Source: a virus. From it: 64,000 nucleotides of DNA. The stretch is from IMG/VR virus record IMGVR_UViG_3300045988_151747. One strand, 5' to 3'. How positions within the stretch are numbered: position 1 is the stretch's first letter; each line of letters starts with the position of its first letter. The position numbers were made by a program, and so were the translations under genes. Under the pieces are notes generated by a model that had not been told where the DNA came from, did no database searches, and saw nothing but the letters and a program-made list of their open reading frames with translations. Positions 19,594 through 27,636 of this stretch are shown here, piece after piece.

Positions 19594-19953
19594 CTAAAAG
19601 ATAAAAATATCCGGATTGTTTAAAACAAATTCATTATATTCATTTTTGATATTTTCTATCTCTTCATCACTAAGTCCTCCCAACCTCAGATACGGAACAA
19701 AAGAGTACCAGTTAGGAGCTTCACCAATGGAAGCCTCAACACCTCTTGTGTTGTCCGATGGTACGAAACAGCACTGCCATTGTTCCGTCAGAGTTGAATC
19801 CGGCATTTCCGAAGAAAGGGATTTTGTAGGTTCTGCAATCTTTTGCTGATTGAAGTTCAATCTCCATTTTCCTGTGCTTCCGTTTGTACGCAGCAGCACT
19901 AGCATGGGCTGTTTTTGCCCACTGTAATCTGTAAAAAAAGTCTGGATAGACAT
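19594..19953 (-). CDS. Hypothetical ORF overlapping the 3' end of the RT gene (candidate DGR accessory gene)
   Basis: 119-aa ORF. It shares 218 nt with the RT frame (19736-19953) in a different frame and ends just before the promoter at 19560-19590. Confidence 0.4.
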   Translation of the reverse strand: MSIQTFFTDYSGQKQPMLVLLRTNGSTGKWRLNFNQQKIAEPTKSLSSEMPDSTLTEQWQCCFVPSDNTRGVEASIGEAPNWYSFVPYLRLGGLSDEEIENIKNEYNEFVLNNPDIFIF

Positions 19954-20932
19954 CTTTCCAATAATTTATTAAGTTAGACATATTGATGTTCTTGAAACTA
20001 CCGTTCATTCCTGCCCAAGAACGTTCACATTCAAAGTAGTCGGAAGAGTGCCTCAACTCAGAAAGCCTGCTTTCGATTTCTTTCCTGTTCCGTTTCCGAA
20101 GTTTTCTATGTGTAACACCTATTCGGACACCTAAGAAGTCCACCATATTCTTATCAGAAACTTTGTGAATACTCCAGTTAGGTTTTACAGTCTGTCCACC
20201 TTCTGTAACTTTCTGCATATAGTAGGTAACAGCACTCCTAACAGCCTGTTTATTGTTACTAATAAATATTGTATCATCACAGAACCTCAAATAGTCGCAC
20301 TTGAAATTCCTTACAATAGAGTAATCAATATCCAGCAAATTAATATGACCCAAAATATTAGACGAGATATTTCCCAGTACGACATAATCCAATGACAGGA
20401 ACTCCTTGGATAAGGAGATAACCCATTTGTCTTTTATGTACTTGCACAGGATTCTGATTATCGTATCCGGATTACAGGTAGGATAATATTGTCTTATATC
20501 GGCAGAGCCTACAAACACATCATCTTTCTGTCTGCGGATTTTATTTATAGCACGCAGTCTACATTTATGTTGCCCCAGTCCTTTTATAGAACCGTAAACA
20601 TGCCCTCGTTGTAACTTGGGCATGAATACAAATTCTAATATATCGGCTAGGAGTTGGTCAACTATCCTATCTCTAGGAGTAGCGGAATGGATAACCCTGA
20701 TTTTACCGCTGTCCATTTTCTTAAATACATAATAGTCACCATGCTTGTACGTACCGTATTTCAAGTCATTGTACAAGTCTTGGAGATTCTTTGATATATC
20801 AGCGTCAAAGTCTTTCCATTCCTTACGGAGATATTTGTTCCAATGGGAAGATTTAGAGTGCATATCCTCAACAATAGCAATCAATCTTTCCATAGACAGG
20901 AACTTCTTTTTCAACAGACCAACTTTTTTCAT
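19736..20932 (-). CDS. DGR reverse transcriptase
   Basis: KIRVIHSATPRDRIVDQLL (RT motif 2-like), VLGNISSNILGHINL (DGR-type motif 4-like) and RFCDDTIFI (catalytic xxDD). Lies next to a TR/VR pair with adenine-specific mismatches. Confidence 0.85.
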   Translation of the reverse strand: MKKVGLLKKKFLSMERLIAIVEDMHSKSSHWNKYLRKEWKDFDADISKNLQDLYNDLKYGTYKHGDYYVFKKMDSGKIRVIHSATPRDRIVDQLLADILEFVFMPKLQRGHVYGSIKGLGQHKCRLRAINKIRRQKDDVFVGSADIRQYYPTCNPDTIIRILCKYIKDKWVISLSKEFLSLDYVVLGNISSNILGHINLLDIDYSIVRNFKCDYLRFCDDTIFISNNKQAVRSAVTYYMQKVTEGGQTVKPNWSIHKVSDKNMVDFLGVRIGVTHRKLRKRNRKEIESRLSELRHSSDYFECERSWAGMNGSFKNINMSNLINYWKDVYPDFFYRLQWAKTAHASAAAYKRKHRKMEIELQSAKDCRTYKIPFFGNAGFNSDGTMAVLFRTIGQHKRC

Positions 20933-21106
20933 AAATTCTACGTAGTTACCACCCCAAGGGCTTTTCGGACTTACTCCAACTACTAAAGTTGATGCCTACT
21001 AAACGGTTAAAGGCAGCGAAAAGTTTCATTTGGCACTTGCCAAGATGAACAGCCATTCTAATTTTTATTCTAAAACAAATGTTTATCTTAACTTTCATAT
21101 TCTATG

Positions 21107-21213
21107 TGTCCGAACCCGATTGTTAACGTTCCGATTAGAAACCGCATTGTTCAAGTTCAGAGCGAACAAGCCGCAAATAGCGGCGTTGTTCGCATTAGCA
21201 CCCACAATCGGGA
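21107..21213 (-). repeat. DGR template repeat (TR)
   Basis: Aligns without gaps to 21314-21420. All differences sit at TR adenines on the coding strand. In the VR frame, TR reads PIVGANANNAAICGLFALNLNNAVSNRNVNNRVR, rich in AAY codons. Confidence 0.9.
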
Positions 21214-21283
21214 AGGCCATTCACCTCGTGTTCGCTCATATCTTGCGTATTTATATTGTTATTACTCCAAACCCTACTGATTT

Positions 21284-21298
21284 GTTCTCAAGGAGAAC
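21284..21298 (-). promoter_or_regulatory. Hairpin (6-bp stem, 3-nt loop) immediately 3' of the VR and target stop codon; possible DGR target-recognition element or terminator
   Basis: GTTCTC aag GAGAAC starts 1 nt after the TAG stop (21299-21301). Confidence 0.4.
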
Positions 21299-23542
21299 CT
21301 ATTTTTTCAACGTAGCCCGAACCCGATAGTGAACGTACCGACCAGAAACCGCATGGGCCAAGGCCAGAGCGAACAAGCCGCAAAGAGCGGCGTGGTGCGC
21401 AGAAGCACCCACAACCGGGATATTGTTGTCACCTTGAGTATTGCACCCCCATTGTCCATCGCAGAAACAGGTAGTGCTACTTCCATTGTTTACTAAGGGA
21501 ACAGGGTACATTCCGTTTATTTTCTTGATATAGCTACCTTCTGTAAGATTACGAGCCAATTCAACCTTATCTTCAAACTTGGTAGCATCATTTGCGTCCA
21601 CAGTAGCTTTTACAGAAGCAACTTCTGGGTCACGGGTAAAATGGAGATACCGTTTTCCGTCAGTCATCTTAGTTATACCACCGAAACAGCGTATCCAAGC
21701 ATCACCATGCAAAAGGTTCTCACACCACCATAGCTTATAAGGTTTAAACTCGAAACTTTCCGCAGCCACTTCACCAGCAACAGTATTACTGTACTCTGTG
21801 GCTGTAACAGTCCATTGCCCGGTAGCCTGATGTTTGGAATCCAAAAGACCATTCTTGAACCGTCCGTAAGTATCCTGACCAGTAGTCATACCCGGAAGAT
21901 TGGCCTGTATATCTCTTGTCTGGTACTTAGCAACTGCCAACCATGCAAGACAAACGTTCTGCCACCAAGTATATCCTAGCATATCCGAAGAAGTGGCTGA
22001 AAGAGCATTGCAGAAATCCTGAACAGACTGGTTATTTATAACCTGATAATTGCTGCAAGTCTTTATTTTACCACCCTCTACATATTGGTTGTATCTGGGC
22101 ATGAGAATACTTTCATAGGGAATAAATCTGTGATAGCCACATGGTGCTTCCTTATCCAGATTGAAGAATACTCTTGATTTCTTATTGATGGCATCATAGA
22201 AATAAGAGATATTGAAATTAATCATTTCCGCGCCTTGAAAATAATTGGCATCCTCCAAATGACTTGGAGAACCGTCCGCACGTAACGTTACATCATCTTG
22301 TAAATATGCAAAATCAGTACCGTCCAGTTTTTTCTCACAAGGTTTATTAGCAGCTTCCCATTTAGCCATAAAGTAATCATAGTACGGCTGGTTTATGATT
22401 GTGACAGCAGGGTCAGCCTGTGACGAACTCTCTTCATCCCCATATTCAATGGCAAAATAACCTACATCGGCAAGGGCTACTTTGGAAAGTTCATCAAGTT
22501 TGCCGGACAATGCTGATTCGGCAGCTTTTGAACGGGTAATCTCGTCATTGATACTTTTAGTAATTGCAGTATCATCATAGTTTGCCAGTCCTGCAAGTTT
22601 TTCTTTCTCTGAGGTTGTGAAGTTATTGTCCGTATGCACATAGTTTTTATCCGATACGAAATTTCCGTCATTATTAAGCTGGGAAAGTTTTGTAGGTATC
22701 TTTGCAGTGATTTTGGATTCCAATGCAGCAAGCATGGCAGCAAGGTTTTCCGTATCAGTAACACCCTCCAGAAATTTCTTAACTTCATTGAATGAATCAA
22801 TAACCTCATTAGGATTCTCATTAACCAGTGTATTGATGGTTGACTGCAAGGACGCCAGACTTTTCTTTACCTCAGTGTCATTATAGTTAGACAGACCTTC
22901 CAGTTTGTTCTTAAGCGCAGTGGTAAAATCTTCCGTGGAAAGTTGTTTTCCCCCAACTTTATCTACTTTAGAACTGAGATTCTGGGTAAGCTGTGTTCCT
23001 GTGGGAAGTCCTGCAAGTTTTTCTTTTTCAGCAGTCGTATAGTCATTTGTAGACAACCCTTTTCCTGATTCCTTAGGTTGGTAGTTCTGGGAAATGAACA
23101 GTTTTATCTTAACATCAAAATCAGATATTGCCGTAGTTATTGATTGACTTACAGAAGAGGACATTTCAGAAAACATACCTTCAAGAGTGTCCGTTTCGGC
23201 AATTCCACTAAGAAAAGCAACAATCTCATGGAAACGGTTAATGACATTATCCGCATCGGCTGTGTCTGAAATGAAATCGGTGAAGTCCTTGGAAAGTCTG
23301 CTTATAGAACTTGACAGTGTACCTTCCGCTTCTGTGGCACGAGTTATTTCATCAGTAATCATCTTGACAATATCCTTAGCTGCCAAGGTAGCAAGAAACT
23401 GCTTTTCCTCCGCAGTAAAGTTTTCATCAGAGAGTGCCTTTCCAGCCTCCTGTTCCACTTTTGCATTAATGGCGGATATTATCTGGTTAAATTCGTCCGC
23501 TGTGAACTTGTCACCTGTCTTTTTACGTAAATCTAAGTGCAT
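21299..23542 (-). CDS. DGR target protein: tail-fibre-like, with a C-terminal variable ligand-binding domain
   Basis: 747 aa. N-terminal repeats (LSTNDYTTAEKEKLAGL / LSTEDFTTALKNKLEGL / HTDNNFTTSEKEKLAGL) are typical of phage fibres. The C-terminal ...GASAHHAALCGLFALALAHAVSGRYVHYRVR carries the VR. Confidence 0.85.
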   Translation of the reverse strand: MHLDLRKKTGDKFTADEFNQIISAINAKVEQEAGKALSDENFTAEEKQFLATLAAKDIVKMITDEITRATEAEGTLSSSISRLSKDFTDFISDTADADNVINRFHEIVAFLSGIAETDTLEGMFSEMSSSVSQSITTAISDFDVKIKLFISQNYQPKESGKGLSTNDYTTAEKEKLAGLPTGTQLTQNLSSKVDKVGGKQLSTEDFTTALKNKLEGLSNYNDTEVKKSLASLQSTINTLVNENPNEVIDSFNEVKKFLEGVTDTENLAAMLAALESKITAKIPTKLSQLNNDGNFVSDKNYVHTDNNFTTSEKEKLAGLANYDDTAITKSINDEITRSKAAESALSGKLDELSKVALADVGYFAIEYGDEESSSQADPAVTIINQPYYDYFMAKWEAANKPCEKKLDGTDFAYLQDDVTLRADGSPSHLEDANYFQGAEMINFNISYFYDAINKKSRVFFNLDKEAPCGYHRFIPYESILMPRYNQYVEGGKIKTCSNYQVINNQSVQDFCNALSATSSDMLGYTWWQNVCLAWLAVAKYQTRDIQANLPGMTTGQDTYGRFKNGLLDSKHQATGQWTVTATEYSNTVAGEVAAESFEFKPYKLWWCENLLHGDAWIRCFGGITKMTDGKRYLHFTRDPEVASVKATVDANDATKFEDKVELARNLTEGSYIKKINGMYPVPLVNNGSSTTCFCDGQWGCNTQGDNNIPVVGASAHHAALCGLFALALAHAVSGRYVHYRVRATLKK
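21314..21420 (-). repeat. DGR variable repeat (VR) inside the last 40 codons of ORF 21299..23542
   Basis: Shows 16 substitutions against TR over the 104-nt core (18 over 107 nt). Every substitution is at a TR adenine, and no other mismatch is present. Confidence 0.9.
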
Positions 23543-23544
23543 GG

Positions 23545-24186
23545 TTATTCTAAATTTAAGGGCAGGGTGTACGGGAAACCCTCACCCGGATTAATGATAA
23601 TTTCCTCCTCAAACATCTTACTCCGCAGGATAATAGCTTGTACAAGTTCCACCTCTTTAGGTTTGACAGCATAAATCCACGGTTTCAATGTAAACTCATA
23701 GTTCATCTCATACACTCCGTCAGTACGTGGAATATCAGTAGGTCTTACGGTATAGAGAACCACATCACCCACTTCATCACCATCCACCACTTTTTTATTG
23801 AACAGAAATCCTGTCTGACTAACAAATGTAGAGTTGAAATAATCCTGCATGGCTAGAAACTCGTTATAACTCTTTGATACAATGCTGACATCATAACGAA
23901 ATTCCATGCGTACTGGTCTGCGGTACAGGTATCCTGTCAATTCAGAGAAACCCTTTCCGCCAAAATAAGTTTTCATATCCACAAACCAATCTCTGCTAGG
24001 CACAGGCGTATAGTCCATTATGGCGATACACGGATAAATCTGATTCTCCTGTTCCTCCACGTAGTCAAAGCTGGACTTTCTAGCATACCTAGACAACAGG
24101 GTGATACTTTTGTCGCCTACCATAATTTTCAGATTATGGAATTGCCGGAAAAATTCGCTGTGGGTCTGTCGGATAGATGTAAGCAT
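23545..24186 (-). CDS. Hypothetical structural protein (possible tail terminator/neck protein)
   Basis: 213-aa ORF between the head module and the fibre/tail genes. The functional guess is weak. Confidence 0.5.
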   Translation of the reverse strand: MLTSIRQTHSEFFRQFHNLKIMVGDKSITLLSRYARKSSFDYVEEQENQIYPCIAIMDYTPVPSRDWFVDMKTYFGGKGFSELTGYLYRRPVRMEFRYDVSIVSKSYNEFLAMQDYFNSTFVSQTGFLFNKKVVDGDEVGDVVLYTVRPTDIPRTDGVYEMNYEFTLKPWIYAVKPKEVELVQAIILRSKMFEEEIIINPGEGFPYTLPLNLE

Positions 24187-24188
24187 AA

Positions 24189-24488
24189 CTATTTTTTATA
24201 ACCTATGTTGAACTTCTTGATTAAAAACTTAATCGCTGTATCATAAACAAAAACAGCCGCAAAATAACTTGCAGCCAAAGTCTGTACTGGTATATCAGTG
24301 TACATTCTGAATATCAAAAACATAACAGCACCGTTTCCGAAAGTAATTACTCTTTTCAACCACGTGGGAACCTTGGCAGCACCATTAAGGTAATCCACCA
24401 GCTTAATCAGAAAGTACGTACCTATGATAACGGAAAATATGTACTCCAGATTGAACACTTTAAATATTCCTTCAAAAAGTAAATCCAT
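24189..24488 (-). CDS. Holin-like small membrane protein
   Basis: 99 aa with about three hydrophobic helices and a basic C-terminus (KKFNIGYKK). Confidence 0.5.
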   Translation of the reverse strand: MDLLFEGIFKVFNLEYIFSVIIGTYFLIKLVDYLNGAAKVPTWLKRVITFGNGAVMFLIFRMYTDIPVQTLAASYFAAVFVYDTAIKFLIKKFNIGYKK

Positions 24489-24943
24489 TATAGTTTCTTT
24501 TTATATTTACCACCATGTTTCACTACAAATCGGGCTATGGCATTTTCTGCACGGGAGAAAGCGTCATTTTTCTTTGCTCTCCTGTCATTCTCCAGCACTT
24601 GTTTTCTTTCAGCAGCAGACAACCCCTCAGATTTGGGTCTTTTATTCTTATTTCTGCCCGATTCCCCGTAGTCGGCAAAACGTTTATACCCGCGTTTCGC
24701 TTCCATATCAAGTATCCTGGCACGTTCTTCCTTGGAGATGAACTTGTCGGTAACAATAGGTCCGGTGGTTTTACCCAACTTGTCATTAAGCACCTGTACA
24801 AATTCATCACCCGGCTTGCTGGAAGATTTCTTGGGAGAACGGACACCCTTTTTTCCTACACGACGGGTATATCCTTTTACGGTAATCCACTCACCTTTCT
24901 TATTCTTCCTCCGATGTTCCTTTATTATTACTTCTGCTGCCAT
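24488..24943 (-). CDS. Highly basic protein with an HxRK...V+x(H/Y)xR motif
   Basis: Start placed at the ATG at 24943 (MAAEVIIKEHRRKNKKGEWITVKGYTRRVGKKG...). The track's longer ORF (to 25066) would overlap the upstream gene by 167 nt. Confidence 0.5.
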   Translation of the reverse strand: MAAEVIIKEHRRKNKKGEWITVKGYTRRVGKKGVRSPKKSSSKPGDEFVQVLNDKLGKTTGPIVTDKFISKEERARILDMEAKRGYKRFADYGESGRNKNKRPKSEGLSAAERKQVLENDRRAKKNDAFSRAENAIARFVVKHGGKYKKKL

Positions 24944-25400
24944 GTTTACTGTCAAATTTACCAGTTTTAAAAAAAGATAGCATCTTGTCTTTGGCGTCAC
25001 TTTCAAAATCACGAAAAGTATTCCGGAAAATTGGTCTTGGGGGTATGTGTCTATCCTTAGTACCATATTCCTGCACTATGGCAAGCTGCAAATTGGTTAA
25101 CTTACTGTCCTCACGTGGAGTGTCCTCCACAGAAACAACAGTTCCTTCACGATAGATTGAATCCACCAGTTCGTGAGAGTTAATCCACGGAACGTCACTT
25201 CCTTTTCTCTCAATGGTAGATTGGGCAAGCTCAAAACCGTAATAGTTGGTTTCAATATTTTCAATGACCTGTTCCTTGAACTGTTCGGCAATTTCCTCAC
25301 CTACACGTTGCATATCAGAACGAAAGTCCTCTACTTTAGGTTTCTTAAAACCCGGTGGAGGACGAAACATTGATTTCGGTAATCTGGGAAGTCTTGCCAT
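24900..25400 (-). CDS. Hypothetical head-tail joining region protein
   Basis: 166-aa ORF in the connector region. No firm motif recognised. Confidence 0.5.
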   Translation of the reverse strand: MARLPRLPKSMFRPPPGFKKPKVEDFRSDMQRVGEEIAEQFKEQVIENIETNYYGFELAQSTIERKGSDVPWINSHELVDSIYREGTVVSVEDTPREDSKLTNLQLAIVQEYGTKDRHIPPRPIFRNTFRDFESDAKDKMLSFFKTGKFDSKHGSRSNNKGTSEEE

Positions 25401-25402
25401 AA

Positions 25403-25618
25403 TCAGTATTCATTATCTTGGTAATATTCATAAATATCACGATACCAGCTCTTGGTTTTTCCACGTGGTCCACCCACTTGGTTAAGGGCATCCTGTATCT
25501 CGTTACGTTCACGATAAGCCGGTGGCGGAGTGGATTCCTCACGGGCTATCTTCTGAATATCCGGATAGCGTGGAACTTTAGGCCAAGGATGATTCAAGTC
25601 CTTATTTGTTTCTGCCAT
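25403..25618 (-). CDS. Hypothetical protein
   Basis: 71-aa ORF tiling with its neighbours. Confidence 0.45.
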   Translation of the reverse strand: MAETNKDLNHPWPKVPRYPDIQKIAREESTPPPAYRERNEIQDALNQVGGPRGKTKSWYRDIYEYYQDNEY

Positions 25619-25931
25619 CTTTCATTTTCCATTTAGCCGGAAGCATATCGGTAGCACCTAATGCTCTGGCACGTTTCATAATATGATGTTTTACCAACTC
25701 CGGACTTTTAGCCCTGCCATAAGAAGAAATAGCGTTAGCCAAATCCCTTTTACTTGCAATAGGATAGGAACCATCCGGAAGCGCATCTCCTTTTGAAGCC
25801 AGTTTATCACGTTGTTTCGTACTGAAATCCTTTGCACCACGAAAAGCGGACACCTTATCCTTACGGGAGTGCCGCCTTACGACAGAAACTTTGTTCCGTC
25901 CTTTTCTCTTATGAGTTTTTACCTGTACCAT
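25602..25931 (-). CDS. Basic protein with an HxRK...V+xHxR motif
   Basis: The N-terminus MVQVKTHKRKGRNKVSVVRRHSRKDK shares its motif with ORFs 24488..24943 and 33893..34864. Confidence 0.5.
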   Translation of the reverse strand: MVQVKTHKRKGRNKVSVVRRHSRKDKVSAFRGAKDFSTKQRDKLASKGDALPDGSYPIASKRDLANAISSYGRAKSPELVKHHIMKRARALGATDMLPAKWKMKDGRNK

Positions 25932-25932
25932 T

Positions 25933-26376
25933 TTATCCTCCTTTCAAGTCGTCCTTAACGAATATCTGCAAACCAATGCAGCTACCGTAAAGTTCCTCCA
26001 AATAAATAATCTTATCAATGACTTGAACATGACCTTCAAAGTGAATCTTGGTTTTATTCCAATTGAGATGGTAGTCACCCAATTTAGGAACAAGCTGTTT
26101 AGGCGATAAGTAAACAATTCCGTTCACTTCTTTGGGCAGACCATATTTCTCACGGGTGCGGTTTGGAATCTCCTTTTCATATAGTGCTCTGAATGTATAG
26201 CTTTCAGAAGTTATTCTATCACTGTCACCTACAAAAGAATCAAAATCGAAAACATCATCCTCAGTTGTTTTCTTAGTAACAGAGATAATGTCCAATCTTA
26301 CCTCATAAGGAGTCTGTCGTAATTTCTTGTAGAACTCCTGCTGGTATTTAAAAAATCTGGCTCTGGATATAAGCAT
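25933..26376 (-). CDS. Hypothetical head-completion/connector protein
   Basis: 147-aa ORF in the head module. Confidence 0.5.
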   Translation of the reverse strand: MLISRARFFKYQQEFYKKLRQTPYEVRLDIISVTKKTTEDDVFDFDSFVGDSDRITSESYTFRALYEKEIPNRTREKYGLPKEVNGIVYLSPKQLVPKLGDYHLNWNKTKIHFEGHVQVIDKIIYLEELYGSCIGLQIFVKDDLKGG

Positions 26377-26387
26377 AAGAATACCTT

Positions 26388-27356
26388 TTATGGTGTCTTT
26401 GATAAAATTCCTCTTGATAAAGGAGATAAAGTAAAGGGATAGCTATCAAAGTATTCACGGAAATCAAGCTCTCTCTGCAATTGTATGTAACCCGGAATCA
26501 CATTGTCCTTGCGTAGAGAATAATCTCTGAAAGTTTCCTCAAGCAATCCTCTCAAATAGAGCATGAGTTTATACCAAAACGAATACCTATCACCCCACGT
26601 ATTATCAGAACCCACACGGTTGAAGTCCTCATAGAAATACCCTTGGGAAGTATCTTCCGTAACAGTAAATACAGAACCTATCTGAACTGTGGTGGAAGTA
26701 GGAGATGAGTTGCTATCGGAACCTGTATAATCAGAGCCATCAGTAAAAGTTTGCCCGATAGCGTTTGCAGCGTTTTCATACAAACGTCTTTTATCAACCA
26801 AATAATAGGAAACCCATATAGCCAAGTGTTTCTCGCTAGGGCGTTTCAGTTTTCCTATAAGTTCGTCATTTATTTCCTTGTCACAGATGTCAAGTACCTT
26901 AGCATAGTACCATCTTATCATTTCCACAATCTCCGAGTCAGAAAAGAAGTATCTTCTGAAAGCGGTAAAGTCCTCTGTAAGTTCCTTATTTACCTTGATT
27001 AGTGAATTAGCCGGTTCCTGTCCTCTGAAATACGGAGTATAAGCTACGATTATTCCTTCTTCGATAAGTTTGTCCATTACATCTTCCATAGTAGGGTACT
27101 CATGGAAAATGATTTCTACGATGATTTTCTTTGATGATTCTTCTGTTTCTCCCTCTGCTACTTTATACAAGGTTAGCTTTCCCTTGACTGGTTCTACGTT
27201 CGGGTCAGAAATTTCCGGTTCAAAACTAGGGTCAATTTCAATAAAGTTCCCGCTCCCTATCTGTTTGATAGCGAAAGCAGGAATAATGAAGCGGTCAAAG
27301 GTAAGCTCCCTAACCGCTTTCATTATTTCATTCAAAGTAACTTTAGACTGGGCCAT
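26388..27356 (-). CDS. Hypothetical head-module protein
   Basis: 322-aa ORF, two genes downstream of the major capsid gene (after ORF 27366..27590). Confidence 0.55.
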   Translation of the reverse strand: MAQSKVTLNEIMKAVRELTFDRFIIPAFAIKQIGSGNFIEIDPSFEPEISDPNVEPVKGKLTLYKVAEGETEESSKKIIVEIIFHEYPTMEDVMDKLIEEGIIVAYTPYFRGQEPANSLIKVNKELTEDFTAFRRYFFSDSEIVEMIRWYYAKVLDICDKEINDELIGKLKRPSEKHLAIWVSYYLVDKRRLYENAANAIGQTFTDGSDYTGSDSNSSPTSTTVQIGSVFTVTEDTSQGYFYEDFNRVGSDNTWGDRYSFWYKLMLYLRGLLEETFRDYSLRKDNVIPGYIQLQRELDFREYFDSYPFTLSPLSRGILSKTP

Positions 27357-27365
27357 GATTATTTA

Positions 27366-27590
27366 TTAGCGTCTGTAACCTTTGCGACTGTTAGTTAATA
27401 TAGCAGCCACATCTTCGGGAACCTTATGTTCCTTGTCTTTTCTCAACTGGTAGTGAGTACCGCCAACCCAAGCATCAATATCTTCAAGGGCATAAAATGC
27501 AACACTCTTTGCAGATTTCTTGATTACGGTAACTTCCTGTTCAGTGTCTACTATTGCTGATGTGATTTCTTCTGGATTATTTTTTGCCAT
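27366..27590 (-). CDS. Hypothetical small head-module protein
   Basis: 74-aa ORF directly after the major capsid gene. Confidence 0.5.
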   Translation of the reverse strand: MAKNNPEEITSAIVDTEQEVTVIKKSAKSVAFYALEDIDAWVGGTHYQLRKDKEHKVPEDVAAILTNSRKGYRR

Positions 27591-27636
27591 GATTGATAAA
27601 ATATTTAACTGTTACTAAATGGGCAAAGCCCCTCTG

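Larger units (their letters stand above)
19736..21420 (-). mobile_element. Diversity-generating retroelement cassette (VR - TR - RT)
   Basis: The order on the coding strand is target 3' end (VR), a 100-nt gap, TR, a ~175-nt spacer, then RT. Confidence 0.85.

Noticed and set aside
19736-20932. Reading the RT as a group II intron or retron reverse transcriptase.
   Set aside because: There is no intron RNA domain structure, maturase/En domain or msr/msd-like inverted repeats. The adjacent TR/VR pair with exclusively adenine-directed differences is diagnostic of a DGR.
24943-25066. The N-terminal 41 codons of track ORF 24488..25066.
   Set aside because: This extension overlaps the upstream gene by 167 nt and translates to a hydrophobic, odd sequence. 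The internal Met at 24943 starts the basic motif shared with two other proteins.
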